DNA of 64,000 nucleotides from Okamejei kenojei (GCA_035221665.1 CM069144.1:52886001-52950000), one strand, 5' to 3'. Shown: positions 24,356 through 36,677, counted from the stretch's first letter. Notes: generated from the letters alone by a model not told the origin. Made by a program: numbers and translations.

Positions 24356-26833
24356 CTGGAGAAACTCAGCGGGTGCAGCAGCATCTATGGAGCGAAGGAG
24401 ATAGGCAATGTTTCAGGCCGAAACCCTTCTTCAGACTGATGGGGGGGTGGGGGGAGGCGGGGTGAAGAAAGGAAAAAGGAGGAGGAGGAGCCTGAGGGCT
24501 GAGGGAGAGGTAGGAAGGGGAGGAGACAGTAAGGATTAACAGAATTGAGACAATTCGATGTTTATGCCAAGAGGATGCAGACTCCCCAAGCGGAATATGA
24601 GGTGCTATTCCTCCAATTTGCAGTGTTGCTCACTCTGGCCGTGGAGGAGGCCCAGGACAGAGAGGTCGGATATGGAATGGGAGGGAGAGTTGAAGTGCTG
24701 ATCCACCGGGAGAACGGGTTGGTTAATGCGGACCGACCGAGTTGGCCACGGGAGCCAGGGTGAACCGCAGGAAGAGCGAGGCCATGCTCTTTGGCAACTG
24801 GCCCGACAGATCTTCCGTCCCCTTCACCATCAAGCCTGACTTCTTGAAGGTGCTGGGGATCTGGTTCGGGGGGGCTGAGGCATGTAACAAAAATTGGCTG
24901 GAGCGGATAGCCAGGGTGGGGAGGAAGCTGGAGCTGTGGAGGCAACGCTCCCTCTCCATAACGGGAAAGAATTTGGTCATCAGGTGTGAGGTGCTCTCGG
25001 GGCTGCTGTACTTGGCACAAGTGTGGCCTGTCCCTCCCTCATACACCACAGGGATCACCCAGGCCATCTTCCAGTTCATCTGGGGGTCGAGGATGGACCG
25101 GGTGCGACGGGCCACAATGTACAAGTCGGCAGACAACGGGGGTAAAAGCGTGCCCAACGTCGCCCTCATTCTGATGGCCACCTTCGTGTGTGGCTGCAAC
25201 AGGCGGAGTGTAGAGCCAAGGCACTTGGGCACCAAGTGTCACTACCTGCTGAGGTTCTACCTGTCCCCGGTGTTGAGAAGGATGGGCCTGGCGCAGGTGC
25301 CACGCAATGTGCCAGTCAGCTGGACATTGCCGCCCCATCTGTCGTCGGTGGAAGGGTTCTTCTGGACCAACACCTTTGACCACATGTCCATCGGGCAGTG
25401 GTCAGCACAGAATGTCCTGCAGGCACTGCAGGGAAAGGACTCTATGGTCCCGGTGGCGTGGTTCCCTGAGCAGACTGCCCAGCTTGTCTGGCAAAATGCC
25501 TCATCGCCAGAACTCACCAACAAGCACCAAGACCTGGCTTGGCTGGCGGTGAGGGGAGCCCTCCCAGTCAGATCCTTCCTGCATCGTCGGAACCTCACTG
25601 CCAGCGCACGCTGCCCTCGGGACGGCTGCTATGGTGAGGAGATAGTTGCCCACCTCTTCACAGAGTGTGGGTTTGCTAAAAGAGTCTGGAGAAAAATGCA
25701 AGGGTCCCTGGTACGCTTTATCCCGAACAGCTCCGTCACAGAAGACTCGGTGATTTACGGACTGTTCCCAGGGACACATTCAGAGGCTGACATCAAGTGC
25801 TGCTGGAGGGTCATCAACTCGGTAAAAGATGCCCTTTGGTCTGCCCGAGCATTGTTCACCACCCAGCAGAGCGAGATGTCCGTCAGGGAATGTTGCCGAC
25901 TGGCCCGCTGCAGACTGCAGGAGTACGTGCTGAGGGACGCACTGAAGCTCGGTGCAGCCAACGCCAAGGCTCGGTGGGGGAGGACCACAGTCTAACGCCC
26001 TTCCGCTGCTGGACATGGGGGGTACGGTATGGTGCAGACGCCCCTCAATATAAGGGAAGGTATCCCACGCCACTGTGGCACGAGTGGGGGACTGATTTGT
26101 GGAAATTTGGGGGAAAGAAATGTCTAAACTGTATTGATCTATTGTACAGCCTCCGAAAATGTCGGATGGATTTTCCGCAAGGTTAATGTATTGTATATAT
26201 TTATCATTCGAATAAAGTATATTTTGAAATTTAAAAAAAAAAAGGACCGAGCAGAGGTGTTCGGCGAAACGATCGCCAAGCCTCCGCTTGGTCTCACCGA
26301 TATAGATCAGCTGACATCTAGAGCAGCGGCTGCAATAGATGAGGTTGGAGGAGGTGCAGGTGAACCTCTGACGGACCTGGAACCACTGCTTGGGTCCTTG
26401 AATGGAGTGGAGGGGGGAGGTAAAGCGACAAGTGTAGCATCTCTTGCGGTTGCAAGGGAAAGTGCCCGGGGAAGGGGTGGAGCAGGAGGGAAGGGTAGAA
26501 TTGACAAGGGAGTTGCTGAGGGAGCAGTCTTTGCGGAAGGCACGTTGGAGGTGGGGGAGATGGGAAGATGTGGTGGGGTCACGTTGGAGGTGGCGAAACT
26601 GGCGGAGGACTATGTGTTGTATGTGCCGGCTGGTGGGGTGAAAGGTGAGGACCAGGGGGACTCTGCCCTTGTTGCGAGTGGGGGGGATGGGGAGAGAGGG
26701 CAGTGTTACGGGGTACGGAGGAGACCCTGGTGCGAGCCTCAACTATAGTGGGGGAGGGGAATCCCCGTTCCCTGAAGAATGAGGACATTTGTGATGCCCT
26801 GGTGTGGAACACCTCATCCTGGGAGCAGATGCG
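24356..26833 (-). mobile_element. Penelope-like element (GIY-YIG endonuclease, 3' hammerhead motif), interrupted by Tx1-like L1
   Basis: FTCTSSNLIYC..C..C..IYIGETKRRLGDRFAEH; RVPLVLTFHP; 3' end CTGAAGAAGGGTTTCGGCCTGAAACATT at ~24407-24434. Confidence 0.9.
24737..26243 (+). mobile_element. 5'-truncated Tx1-clade L1 with uninterrupted ORF2 C-terminus (24742-25995)
   Basis: 417-codon ORF with KVLGIWF, RSLSITGKNLVI, GGKSVP and CPRDGC..E...HLF..C knuckle; AATAAA and poly(A); TSD GGACCGA 24730-24736 and 26244-26250. Confidence 0.9.
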
Positions 26834-27619
26834 NNNNNNNNNNNNNNNNNNNNNNNNNNNNNNNNNNNNNNNNNNNNNNNNNNNNNNNNNNNNNNNNNNN
26901 NNNNNNNNNNNNNNNNNNNNNNNNNNNNNNNNNNNNNNNNNNNNNNNNNNNNNNNNNNNNNNNNNNNNNNNNNNNNNNNNNNNNNNNNNNNNNNNNNNNN
27001 NNNNNNNNNNNNNNNNNNNNNNNNNNNNNNNNNNNNNNNNNNNNNNNNNNNNNNNNNNNNNNNNNNNNNNNNNNNNNNNNNNNNNNNNNNNNNNNNNNNN
27101 NNNNNNNNNNNNNNNNNNNNNNNNNNNNNNNNNNNNNNNNNNNNNNNNNNNNNNNNNNNNNNNNNNNNNNNNNNNNNNNNNNNNNNNNNNNNNNNNNNNN
27201 NNNNNNNNNNNNNNNNNNNNNNNNNNNNNNNNNNNNNNNNNNNNNNNNNNNNNNNNNNNNNNNNNNNNNNNNNNNNNNNNNNNNNNNNNNNNNNNNNNNN
27301 NNNNNNNNNNNNNNNNNNNNNNNNNNNNNNNNNNNNNNNNNNNNNNNNNNNNNNNNNNNNNNNNNNNNNNNNNNNNNNNNNNNNNNNNNNNNNNNNNNNN
27401 NNNNNNNNNNNNNNNNNNNNNNNNNNNNNNNNNNNNNNNNNNNNNNNNNNNNNNNNNNNNNNNNNNNNNNNNNNNNNNNNNNNNNNNNNNNNNNATTATA
27501 AAGTTCTATCGTATAGTATTATGTGTGTAGGAAGGAACTGCAGATGCTGGTTTAAACTGAAGATAGACACAAAAAGCTGGACAAAAGGAAAATGTTACGT
27601 TTTGGGTTGGGTCTTAAAA

Positions 27620-27785
27620 AAATTCCTGCACACCTTTGGAATGTGGAAACAAGAGCACCAGAGAAAACCCATGCGATCAAAGGGAAAAGGAGCAAACTCC
27701 ATAAAGACGGCACCCATATCCAGGATCGATTCCGGATCTCTGGCACTTTTAGGTTGCAACTTTATAGCCAATATACTGCCCCGTA
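27620..27785 (-). mobile_element. tRNA-derived V-SINE (HE1-like)
   Basis: Minus strand GTCTTTATGGAGTTTGC..GCATGGGTTTTCTCTGGTGCTC..CCACATTCCAAAG core. Confidence 0.7.
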
Positions 27786-27929
27786 GTCCTGAACTGAATT
27801 AAAACATACAGTAGCTGTAAAGGGGGACATAGTGTCACTGAGAGATTTAAGTCTGAAAATGGATAGTTTCTTTTTTGTTTAGTAACCAAAGTTATCAACG
27901 TATAATTGTGTGTTGGAAAACAAAATATA

Positions 27930-28142
27930 GTGGCACAGCTGGTGGACTTGCTGCCTCACACGCCAGAGATCTGTGTTTGATCCTGTCCTCGGGCACTGTC
28001 TTTGTTGAATTTGCACATTGTCCCTGCAAGCGTGTGGGCTTCCTCCCACATCCCAAAGACGCATTGGCTTTGTAGGTTAACATGTTTGTTAATGTGTAGG
28101 GAGTGGGTGAGGAAAGTGGGATAACAGAATTTGTGTGAATGG
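27930..28142 (+). mobile_element. tRNA-derived V-SINE (HE1-like)
   Basis: TGGCACAGCTGGT A-box, GTTTGATCC B-box, TTTGCACATT..CTCCCACATCCCAAAGAC core. Confidence 0.75.
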
Positions 28143-28144
28143 GG

Positions 28145-29290
28145 AGACAAAAATGCTGGAGAAACTCAGCGGGTGAGGCAGCATCTATGGAGCGAAGGAA
28201 TTAGGCGACGTTTCGGGTTGAGACCCTTCTTCAGACTGGTGTGAGGGTGGGGGGGGCAGGAAGAAGAAAGGAAGAGGCAGAGACTATGGGCTGAGGGAGA
28301 GCTGGGAAAGGGAGGAGAAAGTAGGGACTACCTGAAATTGGAGAAGTCAATGTTCATACCACTGGGTGTAAACTGCCCAAGCGAAATATGAGGTGCTGCT
28401 CCTCCAATTTACGGTGGGCCTCACTCTGGCCATGGAGGAGGCCCAGGACAGAAAGGTCGGATTCGGAATGGGAGGGGAGTTGAAGTGCTGAGCCACCGGG
28501 AGATCAGGTTGGTTATTGTGAACCGAGCGGAGGTGTTGGGCGAAGCGATCGCCAAGCCTACGCCTGGTCTCACCGATGTAGAGCAGCTGACACATAGAGC
28601 AGTGGATGCAATAGATGAGGTTGGAGGAGGTGCCGGTGAACCTCTGCCGCACCTGGAAAGACTGCTCGGGTCCTTGAATGAAGTCAAGGGGGGAGTAAAG
28701 TGACAACTGTAGCATTTCCTGCGGTTGCAAGGGAAAGTACCAGGAGAGTGGGTGGTTTGGGTGGGAAAGGACAAATTGACCAGGGAGTTACGGAGGGAGC
28801 GGTCTCTGCGGAAAGCCGACAGAGGAGGAGATGGAAAGATGTGGCCAATGGAGCAATCCCGTTGGTAGACAAAAATGCTGGCGAAAATCAGCGGGTGAGG
28901 CAACATCTATGGAGCGAAGGAATAGGCGACGTTTCAGGTCTTCAGACATATGTCGGGGAGTGGGGAAGGAAGAGGCGGAGACAGTAGGCTGTGGGAGAGC
29001 TGGGAATGGGAGGGGAAGGCGGGAGAAAGCAAGGACTACCTGAAATTGGAGAAGCCAATGTTCAATCCGCTGGGGTGTAAACTACCCAGGCAAAATATGA
29101 GGTGCTGTTCCTCCAATTTGCGGTGGGCCTCACTCTGGCCATGGAGGAGGCCCAGGACAGAATGGTCGGATTCGGAATGGGAGGGGGAGTTGAAGTGCTG
29201 AGCCACCGGGTGATCAGGTTGGTTATCATGAGCTGAGTGAAGGTGTTGGGCAAAGCGATTGCCAAGCCTGCGCTTGGTCTCACCAAGGTT
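28145..29290 (-). mobile_element. Two tandem Penelope-like 3' fragments (28145-28860, 28865-29290)
   Basis: GIY-YIG NLIYCIHC..YIGETRRRLGDRF; C-terminus RKLEEQHLIF.LGSLHP.G.NI; each ends in a hammerhead-type pLTR. Confidence 0.9.
28204..28240 (-). ncRNA. Minimal type-I hammerhead ribozyme motif (best-preserved copy)
   Basis: CCAGU-CUGAAGA-AGGGUCUCAACCC-GAAA-CGUC-GCC: core boxes, stem II, palindromic ACGU stem III, GUC cleavage triplet; stem I is weak. Confidence 0.65.
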
Positions 29291-32200
29291 GATCATACAC
29301 TGAATAATCCAACCACATTTTTGTTTGGAAATGGAAAGAAATAATAGAAATTGCATTCATTGCAACGTATAAAAAGAATTGAGATACTGTATATGCTGTA
29401 TTATAATTTTGCTGCATTTCATTGTGGTATATATCATGTCTTGATTGGTGAATATGTTTAGTTTGTGACTTTATTTGAAGCAGAAATAATATGTGAATGC
29501 TTTATTGAGCATAATTCCGATATGCACTTCGTCCGAGCACATTATCGCACGCGTCATGCAAGCCGTTTTAAATTACCACCTAAACTGTCATTTGGCAACC
29601 TGAAAAGCTGCCTAGGTTGCCCGGCTGGCATCAGAGAAAAAAAGTTAAGTGAGAGCCCTGCAGTTTCAAATAATAGTTCATAGCTATCAGTTTTTTAATA
29701 ATTAATTGCTTGACCAAGAGATTAATCTGATCATTCATGCATGAGGCGGAGAACAGTTTCGATTTTGTGATCCATCGTTTTATTAAGTCTGCCCATAATG
29801 CTTTGTGGAATGCAACAGGAGTTTAAATAAGTCTATTCTGAGATGAATAATTAAAAACACAAGTAACTTATTATGGTTTCTTCAATCCAGTTAAAATATT
29901 AAGGCATGCTGTTGCTTGACCAGGTCAAACATGTCACAGATCTCAAGTAAGCATTTCACAGTTCTCTAGTAACTACTGGTTGTAGCTGAAACACTCTTGC
30001 ACATTCTCTGGGCAACTGAAAGCACTATTGCATTGTTACTGACCGTATTGTTACCGATATTGCTTGAATTAAATCTAATTACATTTAGAAGTTCCCTTCT
30101 ATAATCAAGTAAATGATAGCCCAGTTATTGGAAAAATAACAGTGTTTATTTTGTCATTTGTCATTGCAAGCTGAAAGACTGTACACTTCCAGTTTACCAT
30201 TACCTAGGTAATGATCATCTTCTAGTATTCAAATGGCACCCGTAAAGCAGTAGTGAAATTAGAATTAAATACTTCTGTACTTTCATTAAATGCTCTTGAC
30301 CTATTTCCACTGTGTGAGAATGCTGTCCTTCAGCCTGGGCTGTGTTGCTTCATGCAAATCCAGATGTTGCGCTGTTAATAGGGCCACATGGTTAGTGTCT
30401 GGAGATCTGCATCCCACTCCACTTCCACAGTTACTGGTGTAGGCTGATATAATGTCCTATGAAACATTTGGCATTATGCTGCCCTTTGCAAAGTTTGTAG
30501 CTTGAGTGTATCACAATCTAGAGCTGTTAATAAAGAAGATCATAAGACATAGAAACAGAATTAGGTCTTTCAACTGAGAGTCTGCTAATCAACTGGAAAA
30601 TGTTCAACTTCCTGCCACTGCATTTGATTGTGTCTCTTGATGTTACCATTGAAGCATGATGGAGAACATTGTACTCAGGAATTTCAGTTTTATTGCTGAC
30701 ATGGTGGAGGGCCAGCTGTAACGTTCAGAAAGCTGAACATTGAGAGTGATTCTAAATATTTTTCAAAAAGATGTTGGCAAGTGTGCAGCCAATCTGTTTT
30801 GGTGGTATTAGCAAGATGTTCATCTTGTCCACAAAAATAAACTGCAGCACAACTGATAATATTAATAATGGATGCTTGTTGAACATGAAATATTGCTATC
30901 ATAATATATGTTTGCTAATCCACTGTCTAAATACTCTAATAAACAAATATATATTCAAAAAAATAAAAATAAACTGCAGCAACAACTATTGCCAGAATGG
31001 AACTGTTATTTTCTTCCTGGGTGACACCACAACAATACTGTTGATCTTTCAGAAGCAAAATATCTGGACTGGTAGAATGGACTGGAAGCTACTTTTAAAA
31101 TTGGTGCTTAGGACAGCAGCAAACTAAAGTTCCTAGGCTAATGTTATACGTCATAGGGTGTGTATTGAAAGAGAAGCTTTGACATGGTGATACCTGGTTG
31201 CTCCGTCATGGTATATTGAGATACTCGCCTATTCCATGTTAGAAATGATCGTCCCATGTCCTTTGCCAATTTAGGATAATAGAGTTTTTGGAAGGCTTCC
31301 TACTGCTTCAGTTGGATGTAGATACTTATTAAATGAAAATTAAAATAAAAAAATTCAAGATGTTGGAAATCTGAAATAAACACAAAATGCTGGAAAAGTT
31401 GAACAGGTCAAGTGGCAGCAGTAGAAAGAAAACATATCTTGCATCAGAACTCCTTGTTAATTGTTTCTATTTCCACAAATGTTGCTGGAAGTCAGAGCAG
31501 CACAAGAACAGAACGTCTATGCTTTCCACGGTGCCAATTTACATTGCATATTTGCCCGCATATGGTTTATATCCCTCAATTCCCAGTTTATCGAATATAT
31601 GCTGTTGTTTATGGTCATTAACTGATTTGTGTAGTGTGAACCATCAAAGCTTTCTTCAGAATCTGCTGGGGAAAAGCTACTTGTTGGCCCTATCCGGCAG
31701 TGGCATGGCATCTGCGATGCCTGTTTGCCCATCTAGTTTTTCTGATGCGTGGGAGCAAAAATATTCTAGTTACTGGAAAATCAAAACAAAAACACAGAAT
31801 ACTGAGCAGGTCAAAAGGCATCAGGAAGAAGAGAAACGGGAGCAACCCTTTGGTTTTGTGACCCGCAATCAGAATTGGGAAAGAAAGAAACCAAGCATAT
31901 TAAATTACAGAGTGGAAGGAATAGAAAATATGAGGTACTTATGGTAATAGACATACCCTGTGTTCTTTGCACTTTTAATGAAATGTTGATTCTACTTCTC
32001 ATCACAAGATGATTCTCATCTATCTTGGCTTCTGAAGACCTACAGTGTTGTACTTTTAAGCATATGGCTATGATTGAGAAATGTCATCTCCCTATGTTCA
32101 TTGACTGGTTTATTTTCCTTATCTGACTATGAAGTCTGCATTTTATTGGTAACAGAATTGAATAGGACAAGAGTTGAATGGGGCTGAAAAAAAGTGAAAC

Positions 32201-33159
32201 ATTTCCTAAATTATCTTCAGAATGTAATACCCATCTTAGTAACTGCAATGCATTGTCCCTTTAATAGAATCAAACTACTTTTAAGTAGCTCCAGCTTTTG
32301 GCCACTGATAACATGAGCTGTGATTGAGCAAAGAGGTGGCGATACCGGCAAGGTTAAAAAAAAATGTTGAATCTGCATGTGGCACCAATTTAACATTCCA
32401 GCTGTGGTGCACTGAATTGGTTTGGCTCATCACATTTTCTGAGCCCATTTTCAGAGCGCATCCAATTTCATAACCAGCAACACTTCTTCGTTATGTAATA
32501 GATCTTATTTTCATTATTTAATCTTCAGTATACTGAGTAAAGTAAGGGAATAACTACATGGATCTTCTAAAATTATTTAGAACAGTTTCATCTTTCCCTT
32601 AGCTCCACCTATTGTACTCAAGTGTGGCTTGAGTGTATTTATGTATAGTATTATCTGATCTGATTGGGTAGCATGCAAAACAAAGCTTTGCACCTTTCCA
32701 CATGACAATAGTTAACCTAAAATTGATAGATTTTGCCCACAGCTCAAATGGATCAAATTGTCACATTTGATCCAAATACTCGTGACAGCACGTTCAATTC
32801 TCCCCAGGCTTCTTCAGGAATAATGGCAGAGAATCATAGTTTTCATACAACTTTGGGATCTACTGGAGCTTGCCAAGAATGGCCAGAACTTATTGCCCTC
32901 TTTACCTCTCTTTATGTAACAAATATTTCTGACAGACAGTTCTGCTCAAAGTCCTGATTTTAAACACAGTTTGGCTCATAACAAAGTTGAAGGGCCTATT
33001 TTCAAGCTGTGCAGCTCTGTCTCTGAGTTTGGAGGAGAGTTTGCTTAGTATAGTGACAGATTGTCATATTGTTTCAAGGATTCCTCCTTTAGTCACTATG
33101 ATTGAAGACGGTTCAGGGGATAATCAGGGGATTTTCCCCCTGGGTTCAGGGGATTTTGT

Positions 33160-33965
33160 AGGGGGCGCCATTGAGTATGGCTGCCCTGCCAGCAGCTGTT
33201 AGTCCTTTCACCCTTTTTTTTAATTTTTAGTGAGTTAAAAGTGTTTGTTTTGGAGGTCTTTAGTCTTTTATGTGGTGTGTGGGGGTGAGGGGAAGGGGGA
33301 AACTTTATTTCCTAGTTCCTCCCTGGTCGGAGAGACGGCTTCCCTCCGAGCTGCTTCTTCGCCCCCTCCTTGCGGCCTACCATCAGGCTGGAGCGGCGTT
33401 TCCTGTCGGGACCGGCCGGAACCCCAGCATCGGCGGCGGCACAGCACTGGGACACCGTCGCGGAGCCTTGCCCGGGTTCCAGGGCAATGGGCTCCGGAGC
33501 ACTGTGGCTGCCGACTACAACATTCGAGGAGCTGTGGATGCGGGCGGCACTGGATTTAAAACACCGCGGAGCCTGGGATCCGTGATCGCCAGAGTCAGAG
33601 CTCCAACCAGCGCAGCCTGCGGACTTCGGGAGCCACTGTCTCCGGGGAGGAAGCGGCCGCTCCAGACATTCCAAGCCGCTGAGGAGTGTTCACCCGACGC
33701 CGGAGCTCCATCACCCCGGCAAGAGGGCCTGAAGCATCGGGCTGCCCTAGCGGCGACTGCGGAGGCCACAATGGGCCCGACGAACGGGACGGGACTGGAC
33801 TGGACTTTGCTGCCTCCCCCCCACAGTGGGAACCATTGTGGGGGGATGTTTTTTTATTCTTTAATGTTGTGTCTTATCTTTATTCGTGTGCTGCAATGGC
33901 AAGTCAAATTTCACTACACCAATTGGTGTATGTGCTAATAAATGTCCTTTATATCCTTTTTGTAT
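33160..33965 (+). mobile_element. GC-rich non-autonomous retroposon with LINE-type tail
   Basis: Architecture like 48375-49295; 3' CTGCAATGGCAAGTCAAATTTC..AATAAA plus repeat tail; ORFs not protein-like. Confidence 0.6.
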
Positions 33966-33969
33966 CCTT

Positions 33970-34275
33970 TGTAATCGAAACGCACTCACAAGTTCTCCAC
34001 AAGACATTCAATGCCGTCCAAAGATAAATCTTCCAAACACAGTCTCTTAATTAATAGCTTCTTTATTGTAATAATAAAAACAGTAAGATATTCATCCAAA
34101 TTTCTGTGTAAGTACAGTTTGATCTTACTCGTGTTCAAACTCGTGCATGGTCGAAAGCTGTGACCTCTCCCCCATGCTTCTTCAAACTAAACTAAAAACT
34201 ACTAGGGCGTCTGCGTGAGAATCCCAGCTGCAAACACGCCACCAACTACGTATAAATCCCACCCACATAATTACA
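33970..34275 (-). mobile_element. Solo-LTR-like element (related copy at 41871-42135)
   Basis: TGTAAT...ATTACA termini, minus-strand AATAAA; shared blocks with 41871-42135; no clean TSD. Confidence 0.55.
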
Positions 34276-34340
34276 GGCAGATAAAATTCAAAGGTAAATG
34301 GTTATAGTTATAACATACTGAGTTAAGCTAAATGGCTGGT

Positions 34341-34678
34341 TGACAAAAATGCTGGAAAGACTATTTCCCACCGCAAATTGGATGAGCAGCACCTCATATT
34401 TCACGGGTAGTTTACACCCCAGCGGTATGAACATTGACCTCCAATTTCAGGTAATCCTTTCTCCCTCCTTCCCCTCCCCTTCCCAGCTCTCCCACAGTCC
34501 ACTGTCTCAGCTTCTTCCTTTCTTCTTCCCGCCTCCCTCCCACCCCCACATCAGTCTGAAGAAGGGTCTCGACCCGAAATGTCACCTGTCCCTTCGCTCC
34601 ATAGATGCTGCCTCACCCGCTGAGTTTCTCCAGCATTTTTGTCTACCTTCGATTTTTCCAGAATCTGCAGTTCTTTCT
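34341..34678 (+). mobile_element. PLE 3' end with short inverted 5' arm, hammerhead motif (34556-34583) and TSD
   Basis: CTGAAGAAGGGTCTCGACCCGAAATGTC; TSD TAAGCTAAATG(G/A)CT at 34324-34337 and 34679-34692. Confidence 0.85.
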
Positions 34679-34729
34679 TAAGCTAAATGACTAATCCAGT
34701 TAGTATAATGGTGTTGAAGTTAGTAAATA

Positions 34730-35042
34730 GGAATCTGATGTTGGTGCCCTTATCATCTAGATGCCCCAGAGACGAGTGTAGGACCAGGGAGATGGCATCT
34801 GCCCTCACTTGTGGCGAAGGTAGGCAAACTGCAGTGGATCAAGGCTGTCTGGGATGATGGAGTTAATGTGCATCATCACCAGCCTCTCGAAACTTCATGA
34901 TGGTGGATGTCACTGACACGTGACGGTAGTCATTAAGGCACATTACCCTGCTTTCCTTTGGCACCAGGCTGATAGTGGTCTTCAAGCAGGTCAGGACTTC
35001 AGAATTGGGTAGTGAAAGATTAAAGAAAACTCCTGCCAGATA
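34730..35042 (-). mobile_element. Old Rex1-like RT fragment, interrupted by Tc1
   Basis: TCLKTTISLVPKESRVMCLNDYRHVSVTSTIMK, homologous to ~57930-58130. Confidence 0.75.
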
Positions 35043-35044
35043 TA

Positions 35045-36677
35045 CAGTGGCTTGCAAAAGTATTCATACCCCTTGAACTTTTCCACATTTTGCCACGTTA
35101 CAACCACAAATGTAAATGTATTTTATTGGGATTTTATGTGATAGACCAACACAGAGTGGTGGTGCATAATTGTGAAGTGGAAAGAAAATGATACATGGTT
35201 TCCAAATTTTATTACAAATAAAAAACTGAAAAGTGTGGCGTGCAAAAGTATTCAGCCCCCCTGAATCAATATTTTGTAGAACCACCTTTCACTGCAATTA
35301 CAGCTGCAAGTCTTTTGGGGTATGTCTCTACCAGCTTTGCACATCTAGAGACTGACATTTTTGCCCATTCTTCTTTGCAAAATAGCTCAAGCTCAGTCAG
35401 ATTGGATGGAGAGCGTCTGTGAACAGCAATTTTCAAAGTCATGCCTGAGATTCTCAATTGGATTTAGGTCTGGAATTTGATTGGGCCATTCTAACACATG
35501 AATATGCTTTGATCTAAACCATTCCATTGTAGCTCTTGCTGTATGTTTAGGGTCATTGTCCTGCTGGAAGGTGAACCTCCGCTCCAGTCTCAAGTCTTTT
35601 GCAGACTCTAACAGGTTTTCTTCCAAGATTGCCCTGCATTTGGCTCCATCTATCTTCCCATCAACTCTGACCAGCTACCCTGTCCCTACTGAAGAAAAGC
35701 ATCCCCACAGCATGATGCTACCACCACCATGTTTCACAGTGGGGATGGTGTGTTCAGGGTGATGTGCAGTGTTAGTTTTCCGCCACACATAGCGTTTTGC
35801 ATTTAGGCCAAAAACTTCAATTTTGGTCTCATCAGACCAGAGCACCTTCCTCCACATGCTTGCTGTGTCCCTCACATGGCTTGTGGCAAACTGCAAACAG
35901 GACTTCTTATGGCTTTGTTTCAAAAATGGCTTTCTTCTTGCCACTCTTCCATAAAGGCCCGATTTGTGGAGTGCACGGCTAATAGTTGTCCTGTGGACAG
36001 ATTCTCCCACCTGAGCTGTGGATCTCTGCAGCTCCTCCAGAGTTACCGTGGGCCTTTTGGCTGCTTCTCTGATCAATGTTCTCCTTGCCCAGCCTGTCAG
36101 TTTAGGTGGACGGCCATGTCTTGGTAGGTTTGCAGTTGTGCCATACTCTTTCCATTTTCGGATGATGGATTGAACAGTGCTCCGTGAGATGTTCAAAGCT
36201 TGGGATATTTTTTTATAACCTAACCCAGCTTTAAACTTCTCCACAACTTTATCACTGACCTGTCTGGTGTGTTCCTTGGGCTTCATGATGCCCAAGGAAC
36301 ATTGTTTGTTCACTAATGTTCTCTAACAAACCTCTGAGGCCTTCACAGAACAGCTGTATTTATATTGAGATTAGATTACACACAAGTGGACTTTATTTAC
36401 TAATTAGGTGACTTCTGAAGGCAATTGATTGCACTGGATTTTATTTAGGGGTATCAGAGTAAAAGGGGGCTGAATACTTTTGCACGCCACACTTTTCATT
36501 TTTTTATTTGTAAAAAAATTTGAAAACCATGTATCATTTTCCTTCCACTTCACAATTATGCACCACTTTGTGTTGGTCTATCACATAAAATCCCAATAAA
36601 ATACATTTACGTTTGTGATTGTAACGCGACAAAATGTGGAAAAGTTCAATGGGTATGAATACTTTTGCAAGCCACTG
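35045..36677 (-). mobile_element. Full-length Tc1 (IR/DR type, Passport-like) transposon, 1633 bp
   Basis: TA TSDs; ~215-bp TIRs CAGTGGCTTGCAAAAGTATTCATACC with inner DR GCAAAAGTATTCAGCCCC; transposase from ATG 36286 to ~35266 with WSDETK, QDND, NPIEN; one TAG (35675-35677) and one frameshift (~35435). Confidence 0.97.

Larger units (their letters stand above)
22981..29660. mobile_element. Non-autonomous hAT-like DNA transposon with 5-bp TSD, hosting nested elements
   Basis: TIR CAGGGCTC....TTAAC (13/17 match), TSD CAGTT at 22976-22980 and 29661-29665, subterminal GGCAACC/GGTTGCC motifs at both ends; spans two N gaps. Confidence 0.7.

Noticed and set aside
25780-26742. 320-aa minus-strand ORF as a novel fusion gene
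   Set aside because: Penelope GIY-YIG frame reading by chance into the antisense 3' UTR of the inserted L1.
26703-27802. ORFs of 240-332 aa
   Set aside because: They run through N gaps; the same applies at 23911-24465, 44390-44782 and 47156-47560.
27930-28000. Possible tRNA gene
   Set aside because: Degenerate A/B boxes continue into a V-SINE core; no cloverleaf.
33245-33938. GC-rich ORF cluster as second CpG island or gene
   Set aside because: Lies within a repeat with a retroposon tail; no splice structure or recognisable protein.
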